A DNA stretch of 64,000 nt, from the NCBI GenBank assembly GCA_051859245.1, contig JBHYGA010000005.1, positions 64,001-128,000 of the forward strand, in the 5' to 3' direction. Shown here piece after piece: positions 42,661-55,001 of the stretch; position 1 is the stretch's first letter; each line of letters starts with the position of its first letter. Source of the DNA: Gemmatimonadaceae bacterium (GTDB taxonomy: Bacteria > Gemmatimonadota > Gemmatimonadetes > Gemmatimonadales > Gemmatimonadaceae). The notes under the pieces are model-generated. The model was not told the origin of the DNA. It saw only the letters and a program-made list of their open reading frames with translations, and searched no databases. A program made the translations under genes and the position numbers.

Positions 42661-44355
42661 CTACCCGCGCTCCAACGCATCAAGCTTGCGCCGCGCCATG
42701 CGCAGCGGCAACACGGTGAACGCCACACAGCTCGTAATCACCAACGCGAACGGCAACAGCAACCGCCAGCTGTCGAACTCCCAGCCAAAATGATCGGCCA
42801 CGACCCAGCGTGATGCCGGACGTCCCGCTCCGTACGCCACGGCCGCGATCAGCACAATCGCCGATAGCATGAACAGCAGCCCACCAAACGATGTGGGAAT
42901 CTGCGCCGCGTTCTCTGAATCGTACTGCGGATAGAACGCACCGTACGAGAGCGCCATTGCGGTGAGCGGGAACACCAGACACGCAATCGCCGCCGTACTC
43001 ACCGCGTGCACAAACAGCGACACGTCGAGCAACAGATTGGTGGCCACCACAAGCACAATAGCAAGCAGGAAGAGCGGCACAGCGCCCACCCAGAACTTGG
43101 CCCACAATAAATCACGCATGGCCAGCGGGCTCGAGCGCAGCAACCACAGTGCACGCCCTTCAAGACTGATGGACGGAAACACAAAGCGTCCGGCAATTGA
43201 GGCGAGCACAAAACCCGCCACCGCAAGATTCAGGAATGGCACGAGCTGTCGCAACAATACCGTCATGCCTTCGCCAGAGAGCGGCAGGTAGCGCACGTTC
43301 GCCACATACACCACCAGCAAGACGAACAGCAGAATCAGCTGACTCCACTGCGTAGTGTCGCGCGCGAACACTTTGAGTTCCTTGAGCACCAGCTCGCGTC
43401 GATTCGCCGGGAGCCAGGCGAACAGCCGATCGATCACCGGACGCACCGTGACGCTCGTGCGTTTGCCAGCGCCTTCCTGCGCCGCACTGAAGCCTCGCGC
43501 CCACAGCAACTGGTGTGCCACCAGTCCAAGCGTCAAAAGTCCCAGCGCTGCGCCCCACAGACGAATGAGTGCTGCACTGATCGGGCCACCTCGCAAGTAA
43601 CCCATCACCGCGTCACTCGCCCACTCGCTCGGCAACCACGGCGAACTCGGCGTGTTGATCGCCGCCACAAAGTCCATGAAGTTCTCAAAGCCCTCCGGAC
43701 GCACAAGCTGCTCAGGGCGCGCCATCCGGAACATCACCACGAGTGCCGCAATCGCGAGCACGGTGACAACGGAGAGAATGTCACGCGTGCGCCGCGCCGG
43801 AAAGACGTTCGCGAGCACCAGCGTGATCAGTGAACCCAACGCCGTGGGGATCACGAAGTACGGAACGAACACCGCGAGCGCAAAGCCTAGAAACTGAATG
43901 CCACCCTGATACACTGCCGCGTAGGCACTTAACAGCGGCAGCAACAAGAGCATGACCATCCAGTTTGCGTGCACACCGGTTTCAATCAGTCGCGCACCGT
44001 ATAGCGCCGCTCGTTTGACCGGGGCTGAAGCAATCTGATCCAGATCGCGCGCCAGAAAGCTGCTGGAGAGCGCGCCAATCACATTGGAGAGCAACAGTAT
44101 GGACGAGAATGCCAGCAACATCATGGCGAGCACTTTGCCCGCGAGAATCGCACCGATGTCTTCCGTGCCCATGAAGTACGTGAGCACTTTGCGCGAGAGG
44201 GCAAACGCGGCGTAGAAGAACCCGCTGCCGAGCAGTGCGAGCACGAGCGCTCTCGCCATGTGCGTCTCGCCCGCCGACGCGGCGCGAGCACGCGCGACGC
44301 GCCACTTCGGTCCCAGCAAATGCAACACGCTCGCCGCGCGCAGCGGCTCACGCAT
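42661..44355 (-). CDS. Putative ABC exporter permease
   Basis: Multi-TM protein with SLEGRALWLLRSSP; coupled to an ABC ATPase. Confidence 0.85.
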   Translation of the reverse strand: MREPLRAASVLHLLGPKWRVARARAASAGETHMARALVLALLGSGFFYAAFALSRKVLTYFMGTEDIGAILAGKVLAMMLLAFSSILLLSNVIGALSSSFLARDLDQIASAPVKRAALYGARLIETGVHANWMVMLLLLPLLSAYAAVYQGGIQFLGFALAVFVPYFVIPTALGSLITLVLANVFPARRTRDILSVVTVLAIAALVVMFRMARPEQLVRPEGFENFMDFVAAINTPSSPWLPSEWASDAVMGYLRGGPISAALIRLWGAALGLLTLGLVAHQLLWARGFSAAQEGAGKRTSVTVRPVIDRLFAWLPANRRELVLKELKVFARDTTQWSQLILLFVLLVVYVANVRYLPLSGEGMTVLLRQLVPFLNLAVAGFVLASIAGRFVFPSISLEGRALWLLRSSPLAMRDLLWAKFWVGAVPLFLLAIVLVVATNLLLDVSLFVHAVSTAAIACLVFPLTAMALSYGAFYPQYDSENAAQIPTSFGGLLFMLSAIVLIAAVAYGAGRPASRWVVADHFGWEFDSWRLLLPFALVITSCVAFTVLPLRMARRKLDALERG

Positions 44356-45103
44356 GCAACACCTCAGCCACGTCGCGCGTGATTTTTTCGCCCGTCAGTT
44401 TGAGGAAAATGTCTTCAAGATCATCGGCGTCATTGTCAATGCGCAGTTCCTTCATGGTGCCACACGCTACAAGCTTGCCACGCTGCATGATGCCAATGCG
44501 ATCACACATGCCTTCCGCCACTTCGAGCGTGTGCGTTGACATCATGACGGTGTGCCCATCATCGGTATACCGACGGAACAGTTCCTTGAGCGTTCTCGAC
44601 GACTTGGGGTCAAGACCCACCATGGGTTCGTCAACAACGATCACCGCCGGTTCGTGAACGAACGCACTGGCAATGATCAGTTTCTGACGCATGCCGTGGC
44701 TGTAGCTCTCCACGAGCTCATCGCGCCACGGCTCCAGATCAAACAGCGCGAGGAACTCGTTGGCGCGATGGTCCACCGCCTTGCCCTGCGCGCCATACAA
44801 TCCGGCCGCAAAGCGCAGGAACTCAATGCCCGTGAGCTTCTCGTAAATGAACGGTCGATCGGGAATGAATCCGAGCGATCGTTTGGCCGCGAGCGGATCA
44901 CGCACCAGATCCGCACCGGCAATGCGCACGGTGCCTTCGCTGGGGCGCAGAATTCCCGCAATCATGCGCATGGTGGTAGTCTTGCCAGCGCCGTTCGGTC
45001 CGAGGAAGCCAAACAGTTCGCCAGCCGGCACAACGAGGTCGAGGCGATCTACGGCGGTGAACTTGCCGTACCGCTTCGTGAGGGCGGAGAGTTCAATCAT
45101 CAC
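44348..45103 (-). CDS. ABC transporter ATP-binding protein
   Basis: GPNGAGKTT, YSHGMRQK and VVDEP. Confidence 0.95.
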   Translation of the reverse strand: MMIELSALTKRYGKFTAVDRLDLVVPAGELFGFLGPNGAGKTTTMRMIAGILRPSEGTVRIAGADLVRDPLAAKRSLGFIPDRPFIYEKLTGIEFLRFAAGLYGAQGKAVDHRANEFLALFDLEPWRDELVESYSHGMRQKLIIASAFVHEPAVIVVDEPMVGLDPKSSRTLKELFRRYTDDGHTVMMSTHTLEVAEGMCDRIGIMQRGKLVACGTMKELRIDNDADDLEDIFLKLTGEKITRDVAEVLHA

Positions 45104-45183
45104 GGATCAGACGACCGAGCGCCGCGCGGGTGTCATGTTGTGCCCGCCGTGTGACACAATCGGCGCCTGCTGAGACGATCCGT

Positions 45184-46395
45184 TTACGACGCCTTTCGAG
45201 CAAACCCAAACAGCGCGGTGTCACGATCTTCCGCGCCGAGCACCAGTCCACTCAGGATGTCCGTGGCAATCTGACTGAACACAATGCCGTTGCCGCCGTA
45301 GCCAAGTGCGGCGTACACGTGGTCGAAGCCGGGCATTCTTCCAATTCGAGGAAGTCCGTCTTCGGTCTGTCCAAACGTGCCCGCCCAGGCGAAGGCCGTG
45401 AGCGGTGCCTCGCGTCCAAGAAAGCGCCCGAGTGCTTTTTCGAGCTGGCGTGAACGAGCTGGAAGCAGTGCGTCGCGCGCGTCTTCATTCTTGAACGGCA
45501 CATCAAAGCCGCCCACGAGCATGCGAGCGTCGGGCGTGGCACGCATGTAGGTGTACGGACGCGCGGTTTCCCACACCAGCAATCCGTTTGCCAGGGGGCC
45601 GAGTTCTGTCGTTGGTTGTGTCACCAGTGCGTACGAGCTGTGCAGCGACACGGTGTGCTCGGGCAAGGTGGCCGGCAGCTCGTAGCCCGTCGCGTGAATG
45701 AGCGCGCCGGCCAGACACTGTCCGCGCGATGTGAAGAGACGCACGCGGTCGCCAGCGGGCGACCATTGTGTGAGCTCAGTACGCGCGCACAGCAGCGCAC
45801 CAAGATCTATCGCACGCTGCAATGCCGCACGCGCAAACTGCACCGGATCGACACTCGCCGCCTGATGCGTGAAAAGCGCGGCGTGACCATCAATGTCGTG
45901 TCGCGCACGCACGTCATCGCGCGAAAGCCACTCCACGGGAAGCCCATGTTTTGCGCGCAGCTCGAACTCGTCACGCAGACCTCTCGCGTGCGATCGTTTG
46001 CTCGCCACGTACACACTGTCGCACCGCGCAAAATCGCCGGAATCGGCGAGCCCCGCGGTCAGTTCGTGCAGTGCATCCACCGACTCCACGCACCGCATGT
46101 AGGCGCGCGCCGCCTGTTCCTCGCCGAGCATGTCACTCAGCGCGACCAACTCCACATCGAGCTCGTATTGCAGCAGCGCCGTTGATACGGCCGTACTCCC
46201 TTCGGTGGGCGCATTGCGTTCGATCACGACCACCGACTTGCCGGCGCGGGCGAAACGATCCGCCAACAGCGCGCCGGTAATGCCGGCGCCAATGATGGCC
46301 ACATCGCACGTGTCGGGAAGTGCGTGCTCGGGAGGGTTCAGGAGCCCGGCGCGGAGCAGCCAGAACGGAGCGCCAGACGCGACACGAAGCGTCAC
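45184..46395 (-). CDS. FAD-dependent oxidoreductase (DAO family)
   Basis: IIGAGITG, GSTAVSTALL and GYGGNG. Confidence 0.9.
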   Translation of the reverse strand: MTLRVASGAPFWLLRAGLLNPPEHALPDTCDVAIIGAGITGALLADRFARAGKSVVVIERNAPTEGSTAVSTALLQYELDVELVALSDMLGEEQAARAYMRCVESVDALHELTAGLADSGDFARCDSVYVASKRSHARGLRDEFELRAKHGLPVEWLSRDDVRARHDIDGHAALFTHQAASVDPVQFARAALQRAIDLGALLCARTELTQWSPAGDRVRLFTSRGQCLAGALIHATGYELPATLPEHTVSLHSSYALVTQPTTELGPLANGLLVWETARPYTYMRATPDARMLVGGFDVPFKNEDARDALLPARSRQLEKALGRFLGREAPLTAFAWAGTFGQTEDGLPRIGRMPGFDHVYAALGYGGNGIVFSQIATDILSGLVLGAEDRDTALFGFARKAS

Positions 46396-46754
46396 GCCGC
46401 GTCGTCCTCGTCAAAACCCTCTGAGGTCTCTGTGCGCACCCATTGCAGATAGCCCTCAAGTCCCGCGTGCGTCGGAAACACCAGCAGCTCCGGCACATCG
46501 TACGGATGGTGCAACGTGAACGCCTCACCGATGGCATCGAGTTGCTCGGCCACCGTTTTGAGGAGAACGACCACCTCGCTCTCATCCGTGACCTCACCCT
46601 CCCAGTGGTACAGAGATCGCGCGCCCGGCATCAGCGTGCCGCACGCAATCAACCGTGAGCTGAGCAGGGCGCGCACGAGGTGCTCGGCGTCGTCTGCAGT
46701 GGCGACCGTTGTGATGGCGAGCACCACATCGCTGGGTTCAAGGGGAGTAGGCAT
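46392..46754 (-). CDS. cutA: Divalent-cation tolerance protein CutA
   Basis: RLIAC, SLYHWEG, HPYDVPE and YLQWV. Confidence 0.92.
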   Translation of the reverse strand: MPTPLEPSDVVLAITTVATADDAEHLVRALLSSRLIACGTLMPGARSLYHWEGEVTDESEVVVLLKTVAEQLDAIGEAFTLHHPYDVPELLVFPTHAGLEGYLQWVRTETSEGFDEDDAA

Positions 46755-46865
46755 CTTCGACGATACCCCGAAGCGCGTCCAGAAGCCAACGGCAAGCGAA
46801 AGGGAACAGTGAAGCGGCACCCCGGTCTTGTCTGAGAGCCTGCAATCCCGGTTACTTACAAGACT

Positions 46866-49733
46866 ATGCCAGAAAACGCGCTGATCGTTCGCGGGGCCCG
46901 CGAGCACAATCTCCGGAACATTGACGTCACGATTCCCCGGGACCGCCTCACGGTGATCACCGGATTGTCCGGCTCGGGCAAATCGTCACTCGCTTTTGAC
47001 ACGATTTACGCCGAAGGGCAACGACGCTACGTGGAGTCGCTGTCGGCGTACGCGAGACAGTTCCTGGGGCTCATGGAGAAGCCCGATGTCGACGCGATCG
47101 AAGGCTTGTCGCCTGCGATTTCGATTGAACAGAAATCGGCCGGACACAACCCTCGGTCTACCGTTGGCACGGTTACCGAGATCTATGACTACCTGCGTTT
47201 GCTGTACGCACGCGCTGGCACGCCGCATTGTCCGAACTGCGGGCGCGCCGTGCAACGGCAGAGTCCGGCGCAAATCGCCGAACAGATTCTGGTGTGGCCG
47301 GAAGACACGCGTATCGAAATTCGTGGCCCGCTGGTGCAGGGGCGGAAAGGTGAGTTCCGTGATCTCTTTGACTCTGCGCGTCGACAGGGATTTGTGCGCG
47401 CGGTGGTTGATGGTGAACTCATTGAGCTCGCCGATCCTCCCAAGTTGAACAAGCGCGCGAATCACTCGATCTCGGTGGTGGTGGATCGACTGGTGGTGCG
47501 CGCCGAAGACCGCGGCCGACTGACGGATTCGCTCGAGACCGCGCTCCGGCTCGCCGATGGACTCGTCGAAGTCGTGCGCTACGACGGCAAGGAACCTGAG
47601 GCCACGCTGTTCTCGGAGAAGCAGGGCTGTCCGGAATGCGGCATCTCATTGCCGGAGCTTGAGCCGAGACACTTTTCGTTCAACTCTCCGTTTGGCGCGT
47701 GCGAAACGTGTAGTGGTCTTGGCACCACGCGCTCGGTGAGCGAAGAACTCTTGCTCGGCGATCCGAGTCTCACGCTGCTTGAAGGTGTGATTCTCCCGTG
47801 GGGTGAGCCGGACGGTTTTCTGCGTCGGGTTCTCTTGCCGGGGCTTGCAAAGGAACTGGGTTTTGATCTCAAGACGCCGTGGGGCAAGCTGTCTGCCGCG
47901 GTGCGCAAGCAGTTGCTGTATGGCATCGAGAATAAGGGGCGCGCGCCGGCGAAACGCAGTGGCATCAAGCGCGCAGTGACCAAGTCGGTGTCGGCCAGCG
48001 CCGATGTTGCCACGTGGGACGGCATCATTGCCAGCTTGCAGCGGCGGTACGACGAAACGAGTTCCGATGGTATTCGCCTCGAGCTTGATGCGTACATGGT
48101 CGCCGCGCCGTGCCCCACGTGTCTGGGCAAACGACTGCGCGCGGAGTCGCTCGCAGTTACGGTGCATCGCAAGAACATTGGCGAACTGGTCGAACTCTCG
48201 GTGGCCGACGCGTTCACGTTCTTTGATGGTGTGCCAGTGCGTGGCAAGGGCAAGCCAGGTCTCGATCCTGGTATTGCCGGCCCGATCCTCAAAGAAGTCA
48301 AAGACCGACTGCGGTTTTTGGTGGACGTCGGACTCGATTATCTCACGCTCAATCGCTCGGCGGAATCACTTTCCGGTGGCGAAGCGCAGCGCATCAGGCT
48401 CGCCACGCAAATCGGCTCGCGGCTCGTTGGGGTGCTCTACATTCTAGACGAACCCAGTATTGGCTTGCATCAGCGTGACAACGATCGATTGCTCGGTACG
48501 TTGAAACAGCTGCGCGATCTTGGGAACACGGTGATCGTGGTTGAGCATGACGAAGAAACAATTCGCGAAGCGGATTACGTCATCGATCTCGGTCCCGGCG
48601 CCGGCAAGCACGGCGGCGAAGTGATCGCAGCCGGTTCGGTGGACGATATCAAGCGTGCGCCGGCGTCCATGACAGGACAGTTTTTAAGCGGCGCGCGTAT
48701 GGTGCCGGTCCCCACGAAGCGACGGAAGCCTGACGCGCAGCGCATGCTGCGCATTGAAGGCGCGCGCGAACACAACTTGAAAGAGGTGACCGCCGAGGTG
48801 CCGCTAGGATTGTTTGTGGCAGTGACCGGCGTGTCGGGGAGTGGCAAGTCCACGCTGGTGACCGACATTCTGCAGCGATCACTGTCGCGTCATTTCTTCC
48901 GTGCGCGTGTGATTCCGGGCGCGCATGATCGAATCTCCGGCATTGAACATCTCGACAAGATCATTGATATCGATCAGAGTCCGATTGGTCGCACGCCGCG
49001 ATCCAATCCGGCCACGTACACCGGTGTGTTTACACCAGTGCGTGATCTGTTCGCGGAGTTGCCGGAAGCCAAAATTCGTGGCTACGGTCCCGGACGCTTT
49101 TCGTTCAATGTGAAGGGTGGGCGTTGCGAAGCGTGTCAGGGCGACGGGTTGGTGAAAATTGAAATGCACTTCTTGCCCGACGTGTTTGTATCGTGCGATG
49201 TGTGCAAAGGCAAACGTTTCAATCGTGAAACGCTGGAAGTGCGGTTTCGTGGGCTGTCCATTGCCGACGTGCTCGACCTGACCGTAGAAGACGCGTGTAC
49301 GGTGTTCGAGAATCAGCCGCGCATCGCGCAACGGTTAATCACATTGCGCGACGTTGGTCTGGGCTACATCCACCTCGGGCAGAGTGCTACCACGCTCTCC
49401 GGTGGCGAAGCGCAGCGTGTGAAACTGGCCACCGAACTGGCCAAGCGTGATACGGGACGCACGTTGTATATCCTCGACGAACCCACCACCGGCTTGCATT
49501 TTGAAGACGTGCGCGTGCTGCTCGAAGTGCTGCACAAGCTCGTGGAGCGCGGCAATACGGTCCTGGTGATCGAGCACAATCTTGATGTCATCAAAACGGC
49601 CGACTGGATTGTGGATCTGGGCCCGGAGGGTGGTGTTCGCGGCGGCACGATTGTGGCGTCGGGCACTCCAGAGCAGGTGGCGGCAACCAAGGGCAGTTAC
49701 ACCGGACATTATCTCAAACCGCTGCTGAAATAG
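46866..49733 (+). CDS. uvrA: Excinuclease ABC subunit A
   Basis: Two ABC ATPase modules ([25 protein letters not shown] x2) and Zn fingers. Confidence 0.98.
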   Translation: MPENALIVRGAREHNLRNIDVTIPRDRLTVITGLSGSGKSSLAFDTIYAEGQRRYVESLSAYARQFLGLMEKPDVDAIEGLSPAISIEQKSAGHNPRSTVGTVTEIYDYLRLLYARAGTPHCPNCGRAVQRQSPAQIAEQILVWPEDTRIEIRGPLVQGRKGEFRDLFDSARRQGFVRAVVDGELIELADPPKLNKRANHSISVVVDRLVVRAEDRGRLTDSLETALRLADGLVEVVRYDGKEPEATLFSEKQGCPECGISLPELEPRHFSFNSPFGACETCSGLGTTRSVSEELLLGDPSLTLLEGVILPWGEPDGFLRRVLLPGLAKELGFDLKTPWGKLSAAVRKQLLYGIENKGRAPAKRSGIKRAVTKSVSASADVATWDGIIASLQRRYDETSSDGIRLELDAYMVAAPCPTCLGKRLRAESLAVTVHRKNIGELVELSVADAFTFFDGVPVRGKGKPGLDPGIAGPILKEVKDRLRFLVDVGLDYLTLNRSAESLSGGEAQRIRLATQIGSRLVGVLYILDEPSIGLHQRDNDRLLGTLKQLRDLGNTVIVVEHDEETIREADYVIDLGPGAGKHGGEVIAAGSVDDIKRAPASMTGQFLSGARMVPVPTKRRKPDAQRMLRIEGAREHNLKEVTAEVPLGLFVAVTGVSGSGKSTLVTDILQRSLSRHFFRARVIPGAHDRISGIEHLDKIIDIDQSPIGRTPRSNPATYTGVFTPVRDLFAELPEAKIRGYGPGRFSFNVKGGRCEACQGDGLVKIEMHFLPDVFVSCDVCKGKRFNRETLEVRFRGLSIADVLDLTVEDACTVFENQPRIAQRLITLRDVGLGYIHLGQSATTLSGGEAQRVKLATELAKRDTGRTLYILDEPTTGLHFEDVRVLLEVLHKLVERGNTVLVIEHNLDVIKTADWIVDLGPEGGVRGGTIVASGTPEQVAATKGSYTGHYLKPLLK

Positions 49734-49810
49734 TCGGATCGTTCCCGAATCGATGCGCCAGTTACCGTCGCTGCACTGGCGCGTTGCGGTGTTGTCTCAC
49801 TGATTACGGT

Positions 49811-50479
49811 ATGGTCTCCCTCCTCGATATTATTGGCCCCGTCATGGTTGGGCCGAGTTCAAGTCATACGGCCGGCGCCTGCCGACTCGGTTTGCTGGCG
49901 CGCTGTCTCGTTGGCGACACGCCAGATCGTGCGCTGCTCGAACTGCATGGCTCCTTTGCCCGCACCGGTGAGGGTCACGGCACCGACAAGGCGCTCGTGG
50001 GCGGCCTGATGGGTTTCCGACCGGATGATGAGCGCTTGCGCACCGCGCTCGAAATCATGGAAGCGGAAGGGCTGGACTATCGCTTTGAGAAGACCACGCT
50101 CGATGAAGACTCGCATCCGAACACGGTGCGCATCACGGTGGAGCGCGGCGAGCGCAAATCCGTGATGGTTGGTTCGTCACTTGGTGCAGGTCGTGTACTC
50201 GTGACCGAGATTGATGGATATCCGGTGAACGTGACCGGCAACCTGCACACGATCGTGCTCGTTGCCGAAGACGTGAAAGGATCGGTCGCACGCATTGCCA
50301 CCATTCTGTCCGACGCAGATCTGAACATCGCCACGCTGCGATTGTCACGCAAAGAACGCGGCGGCGATGCCTTCATGGTTATTGAGGTTGATGAACAGCC
50401 ATCCGAGGCAGTGCGTGATCACATTCGCGGACTGAGCTGGGTGAAGTGGGCGTTCCGTCTCGACAAGGTGAGTGCCTGA
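49811..50479 (+). CDS. sdaAB: L-serine dehydratase, beta subunit (with ACT domain)
   Basis: IIGPVMVGPSSSHTAG, GHGTD and HPNT. Confidence 0.95.
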   Translation: MVSLLDIIGPVMVGPSSSHTAGACRLGLLARCLVGDTPDRALLELHGSFARTGEGHGTDKALVGGLMGFRPDDERLRTALEIMEAEGLDYRFEKTTLDEDSHPNTVRITVERGERKSVMVGSSLGAGRVLVTEIDGYPVNVTGNLHTIVLVAEDVKGSVARIATILSDADLNIATLRLSRKERGGDAFMVIEVDEQPSEAVRDHIRGLSWVKWAFRLDKVSA

Positions 50480-51360
50480 TGTATCGCAGCCTGGCCGATG
50501 CCATCGCCGATGCCGAAGCGCGCGGCATTACGTTGTCGCAACTTGCGCTTGAAACGGAAGCGCGTGATCAGGGAAGACCAGTCGAAGAGATTCGTGATGC
50601 ACTGCGTCGTGCATTGCACGTGATGCAGGGCGCAGTGGATCGCGGCATGGAAGGCGATCTGTTCAGTGCATCAGGTCTGGTAGGTGGTGACGCAGCGAAA
50701 ATGCGCACCGGTCCTGATGGTCCGCTTGCGGGAACGGCGTTTCGTGATGTGCTCGCGCGCGCGCTCGCTGTGCAAGAAGTGAATGCCGCAATGGGGGTGA
50801 TTGTCGCCGCGCCAACCGCCGGTGGTGCGGGCGTGTTGCCAGCGGTTCTCACGGGGCTCGCGGCCGCGCAAGGCATTAGTGAAGATCGTGTTGTTGACGC
50901 ACTCGCGACGGCCGGCCTGATCGGCGCGGTCGTTGCCGAGCGTGCGTCGCTTTCGGGTGCCGAAGGCGGATGTCAGGCGGAGACCGGAGCGGCGGCTGGC
51001 ATGGCCGCTGGCGCAGCCACGGAGATGCTCGGCGGCACACCGTCGCAGGTTGGACACGCAACCGCGCTCGCGCAGCAAGGAACGCTCGGCTTGGTGTGTG
51101 ATCCGCTCGGCGGACTGGTTGAACTCCCGTGCGTCTTCCGCAACGCAACAGGCGCGGCGATTGCGCTCGCAGCCATTGAAATGGCAATGGCTGGCGTGAC
51201 GTTTGCGATTCCCGTTGACGAAGTGATTGATACGATGGGCGAAATCGGCAAGAACATGGATGTGCGTTATCGCGAAACGGCCGGTGGTGGACTCGCGGCG
51301 ACGCCGACGGGCCGGCGGTTGGCGAAGGAGCGCCTCTACGACATCAAGCGTCGCGCGTGA
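50479..51360 (+). CDS. sdaAA: L-serine dehydratase, alpha subunit (Fe-S)
   Basis: AAPTAG, GGCQAE, LVCDPLGGLVELPC and RETAGGGLA. Confidence 0.95.
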   Translation: MYRSLADAIADAEARGITLSQLALETEARDQGRPVEEIRDALRRALHVMQGAVDRGMEGDLFSASGLVGGDAAKMRTGPDGPLAGTAFRDVLARALAVQEVNAAMGVIVAAPTAGGAGVLPAVLTGLAAAQGISEDRVVDALATAGLIGAVVAERASLSGAEGGCQAETGAAAGMAAGAATEMLGGTPSQVGHATALAQQGTLGLVCDPLGGLVELPCVFRNATGAAIALAAIEMAMAGVTFAIPVDEVIDTMGEIGKNMDVRYRETAGGGLAATPTGRRLAKERLYDIKRRA

Positions 51361-52370
51361 TCGCACAGAGCACGCAACAGCTTGTGCGTCGCGTGTGTCA
51401 GCTCGCGACGTGGATCGGAGCGATCGTCGCGATCGCTGCTTGCGGTGGTGTTGACACACCAGGTGCGACAACGCTGTCATCTGACAGCATTGTTGCGTCA
51501 AGCAACGCATCCGTTACGCAGCGTACCGCACTTCGCGACGTCTCCATCATGGGGGCGTTCGTCGAGCGTGATATCAAGGAGTCGTCTGCCGCCGTACAGA
51601 GTTACCAGTTCCCCGGTGTGTTCTGGACACTCAATGACAGTGGCAACAACGAACGTGTGTTTGCATTCGATTCAAGCGGTGCGGATCTCGGCTCCATAAA
51701 AGTGAGCGGCGTGCGAAATCGCGACTGGGAATCACTCGCCGTTGGTCCATGCGAAAACGGTCACTGTCTGTACATCGGTGAAACAGGCGACAATCTCGGC
51801 CGACACGATGCGGTCACGATCTGGCGCATCGCAGAGCCGGCACCGCCGGGCGCGGGGCAGAAGCAAGACGCCACGGGTGCCGTGCCGTTGCACTTCACCT
51901 ATCCGGATGGACCACGTGATGTTGAGGCCATGTGGGTGGATGCGGACACCGTCGTCTGGCTGGCCACCAAGCGGCCGAGTCTGAACGCGCGCGGTAAGCC
52001 GCGACCCGCGCTGCTGTATCGCGTGAGCCCGTCGCAGTGGAACACGCAAGACACGGCGCGCGCCGAGCTGGTGGATTCGTTGCCGAACGTTCCCACGCGC
52101 GACCTCGGCACACAAATCACCGACGCGTCGCTCTCCAACCCGTTCGGCGACAGCACGCGCGTATCGCAACTTGCCGTGCGCACCTACGAGTACCTGTACG
52201 TCTTTCGTGTGCCGCAACGCTCGGGCCGACCCGATTCACTGCTCGGTGTCTGCGACCTCAGGCCGCTCAATGAGAAGCAGGGGGAAGGCATCACGTGGCT
52301 GCCCGATGGCCGCGTGATGCTCACATCCGAGAAGCGGTACGCGCCGCTCCGCGCGATGCGCTGTCCGTAA
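51357..52370 (+). CDS. Hypothetical beta-propeller lipoprotein (phytase/esterase-like)
   Basis: Lipobox IAAC, WTLNDSG, DWES, GETGDN and QGEGI. Confidence 0.7.
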   Translation: MIAQSTQQLVRRVCQLATWIGAIVAIAACGGVDTPGATTLSSDSIVASSNASVTQRTALRDVSIMGAFVERDIKESSAAVQSYQFPGVFWTLNDSGNNERVFAFDSSGADLGSIKVSGVRNRDWESLAVGPCENGHCLYIGETGDNLGRHDAVTIWRIAEPAPPGAGQKQDATGAVPLHFTYPDGPRDVEAMWVDADTVVWLATKRPSLNARGKPRPALLYRVSPSQWNTQDTARAELVDSLPNVPTRDLGTQITDASLSNPFGDSTRVSQLAVRTYEYLYVFRVPQRSGRPDSLLGVCDLRPLNEKQGEGITWLPDGRVMLTSEKRYAPLRAMRCP

Positions 52371-52556
52371 TGTGCCTGCGGTGATGCGCGCTTGGCCTGT
52401 TGATGGTCCGGCCGGTTGGCCCCGGACGCGAAGGGGCGATATCGTTAGGAAGTCTCGAAGTCACTACGCCACCTGTTCGATCGGTGTTCGGCCAATCGAA
52501 ACCTGCCAGGGTGTGTTGCGCGTAGTGGATGGTCGACCCCACCCCGAGAGGAAGGC

Positions 52557-52961
52557 ATGATCACCCGAGAAGATGTCGAGTCGTTTCTCGACCGCATGAC
52601 CGCCGAAGGCGTTACGCACGAAGAAGTCGAGCAGGGGCTCTGGACGGTTCGCCCCGGTGGTGCCCTCGAGTTCGACGTAGTCGTCAGCTACACGCCGCCG
52701 GTGCTGCTGCTCCGCGTCAAAGTCATGCCACTGCCCGCTGAAGCAGCGGAAGTTGCGGCGCTGTCGCGACGGTTGCTTGAGCTGAACGCCACGGATCTGC
52801 TGCACGGTTCGTACGGTATCGATGGCGATGCTGTCGTTCTCACCGAGGCGTTGGAGCTCTCTCATCTCGACTACGAGGAATTCCTCGCGTCGTACGAAAG
52901 CATGACGCTGTCGCTGGCCTCGCACATGCGCGAGCTGGCTTCCTTCCGCGAGGTACGTTAA
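52557..52961 (+). CDS. CesT/YbjN-like chaperone-fold protein
   Basis: Acidic 134-aa protein with RRLLELNA..LHGSYGI; upstream of pspA. Confidence 0.75.
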   Translation: MITREDVESFLDRMTAEGVTHEEVEQGLWTVRPGGALEFDVVVSYTPPVLLLRVKVMPLPAEAAEVAALSRRLLELNATDLLHGSYGIDGDAVVLTEALELSHLDYEEFLASYESMTLSLASHMRELASFREVR

Positions 52962-52964
52962 CCG

Positions 52965-53768
<804 letters not shown>

Positions 53769-53830
53769 AGGCGTCAGACCATCTGACTTAGGGCGATCAT
53801 TCCCCTGTTCGCCCACCTCGAACCATCGGT

Positions 53831-54901
53831 ATGTCTCGCTCGCGTCGCTTCCTGATTCTTGCCGAGGGCAACTTCGGCCCGTTGTCGTCCAAGACCGCCA
53901 ACGCGTGCATTCGTTATGCACCGCAGGATGTCGCCGTCGTGCTGGACAGCGCGGCGGCTGGACGCACCGCTGATGATGTGCTCGGCTTCGGTGGCGGCAT
54001 TCCAGTCGTTGCCACCTTCGACGAAGCGATGCGCTTCGAGCCTACCGCATTGCTGATTGGCATCGCGCCACCGGGCGGACAGTTTCCGCACGCGTGGCGC
54101 GAGTTGCTCGTGCGAGCGCTCACCGTAGGGCTCGATGTGTGGAGCGGCTTGCACACGTTGCTCGGCGATGATCCCGAGTTCGCCGCCGTTGCCGCAGCCA
54201 ACGGCGCGACGATTCGCGACTTGCGTCGCGCACCAGAAAATCTCGATGTGTCGTACGGTCGCGTTCGGGAAACCGACGCTACGGTGATTCTTACCGTGGG
54301 CAGCGATTGCAACATCGGTAAAATGACCACGCAGTTGCAGATTCAGGATGGTGTGCGCAAACTCGGTCATCGTGTGTCGTTTGCCGCGACTGGTCAAACC
54401 GGAATCCTGATTGAAGGCCGCGGCATTGCGGTTGACGCTGTGATTGCGGATTTCATTGCCGGTGCGGCGGAGCAGCTCACGCTCGAAGCCGCAGTGGACA
54501 ACGACATCGTGCTTGTGGAAGGCCAAGGTTCGATCGTACACCCGGCGTATTCAGGCGTCACGCTCGGACTCATGCACGGATCGCTGCCGCACGCAATGAT
54601 TCTGTGTGCGCAGCCAAGCCGCACCACGATCAACCGCAATCCGTGGGTGCCGATTCCGTCACTCAGCGAACTGATTCGTTTGTATGAACAGTTGGCGGAG
54701 CCGCTGCGTTCGGCGCCCGTGATTGGTGTTGCGCTCAACACGTACGACCTGTCAGACATTGAAGCGCGCGAAGCCATCGAACGGGCCAAGGCCGAAACCG
54801 GATTGCCCGTCACCGATCCGGTGCGCTTCAGCACGGCGCCGCTCAGTGAAGCGATCGATGCATTTCACCGCGAACGAGTCGAGGCGCAAGCGGTGCGGTA
54901 A
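53831..54901 (+). CDS. DUF1611 protein (DgcN-like)
   Basis: KTA, SGLH, GSDCNIGKMTT, ATGQTG and EGQGS. Confidence 0.9.
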   Translation: MSRSRRFLILAEGNFGPLSSKTANACIRYAPQDVAVVLDSAAAGRTADDVLGFGGGIPVVATFDEAMRFEPTALLIGIAPPGGQFPHAWRELLVRALTVGLDVWSGLHTLLGDDPEFAAVAAANGATIRDLRRAPENLDVSYGRVRETDATVILTVGSDCNIGKMTTQLQIQDGVRKLGHRVSFAATGQTGILIEGRGIAVDAVIADFIAGAAEQLTLEAAVDNDIVLVEGQGSIVHPAYSGVTLGLMHGSLPHAMILCAQPSRTTINRNPWVPIPSLSELIRLYEQLAEPLRSAPVIGVALNTYDLSDIEAREAIERAKAETGLPVTDPVRFSTAPLSEAIDAFHRERVEAQAVR

Positions 54902-55001
54902 CGCGCCCACGAACGCAGTGAGCCGTGTGCGCCGCGCACCCATGATGCGGCGCGCATTATTTCGGTGAAGAGAGCGTGTGGACAGCGCCTAATCTGAGCG
55001 C

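Noticed and set aside
42661..45103. ABC pair as ccmAB
   Set aside because: It is on the opposite strand, and the 564-aa permease is unlike the ~220-aa CcmB.
46760..46865. SOS/LexA box upstream of uvrA
   Set aside because: No match to LexA consensus sequences I know; only a weak GTCTTGT/ACAAGAC dyad.
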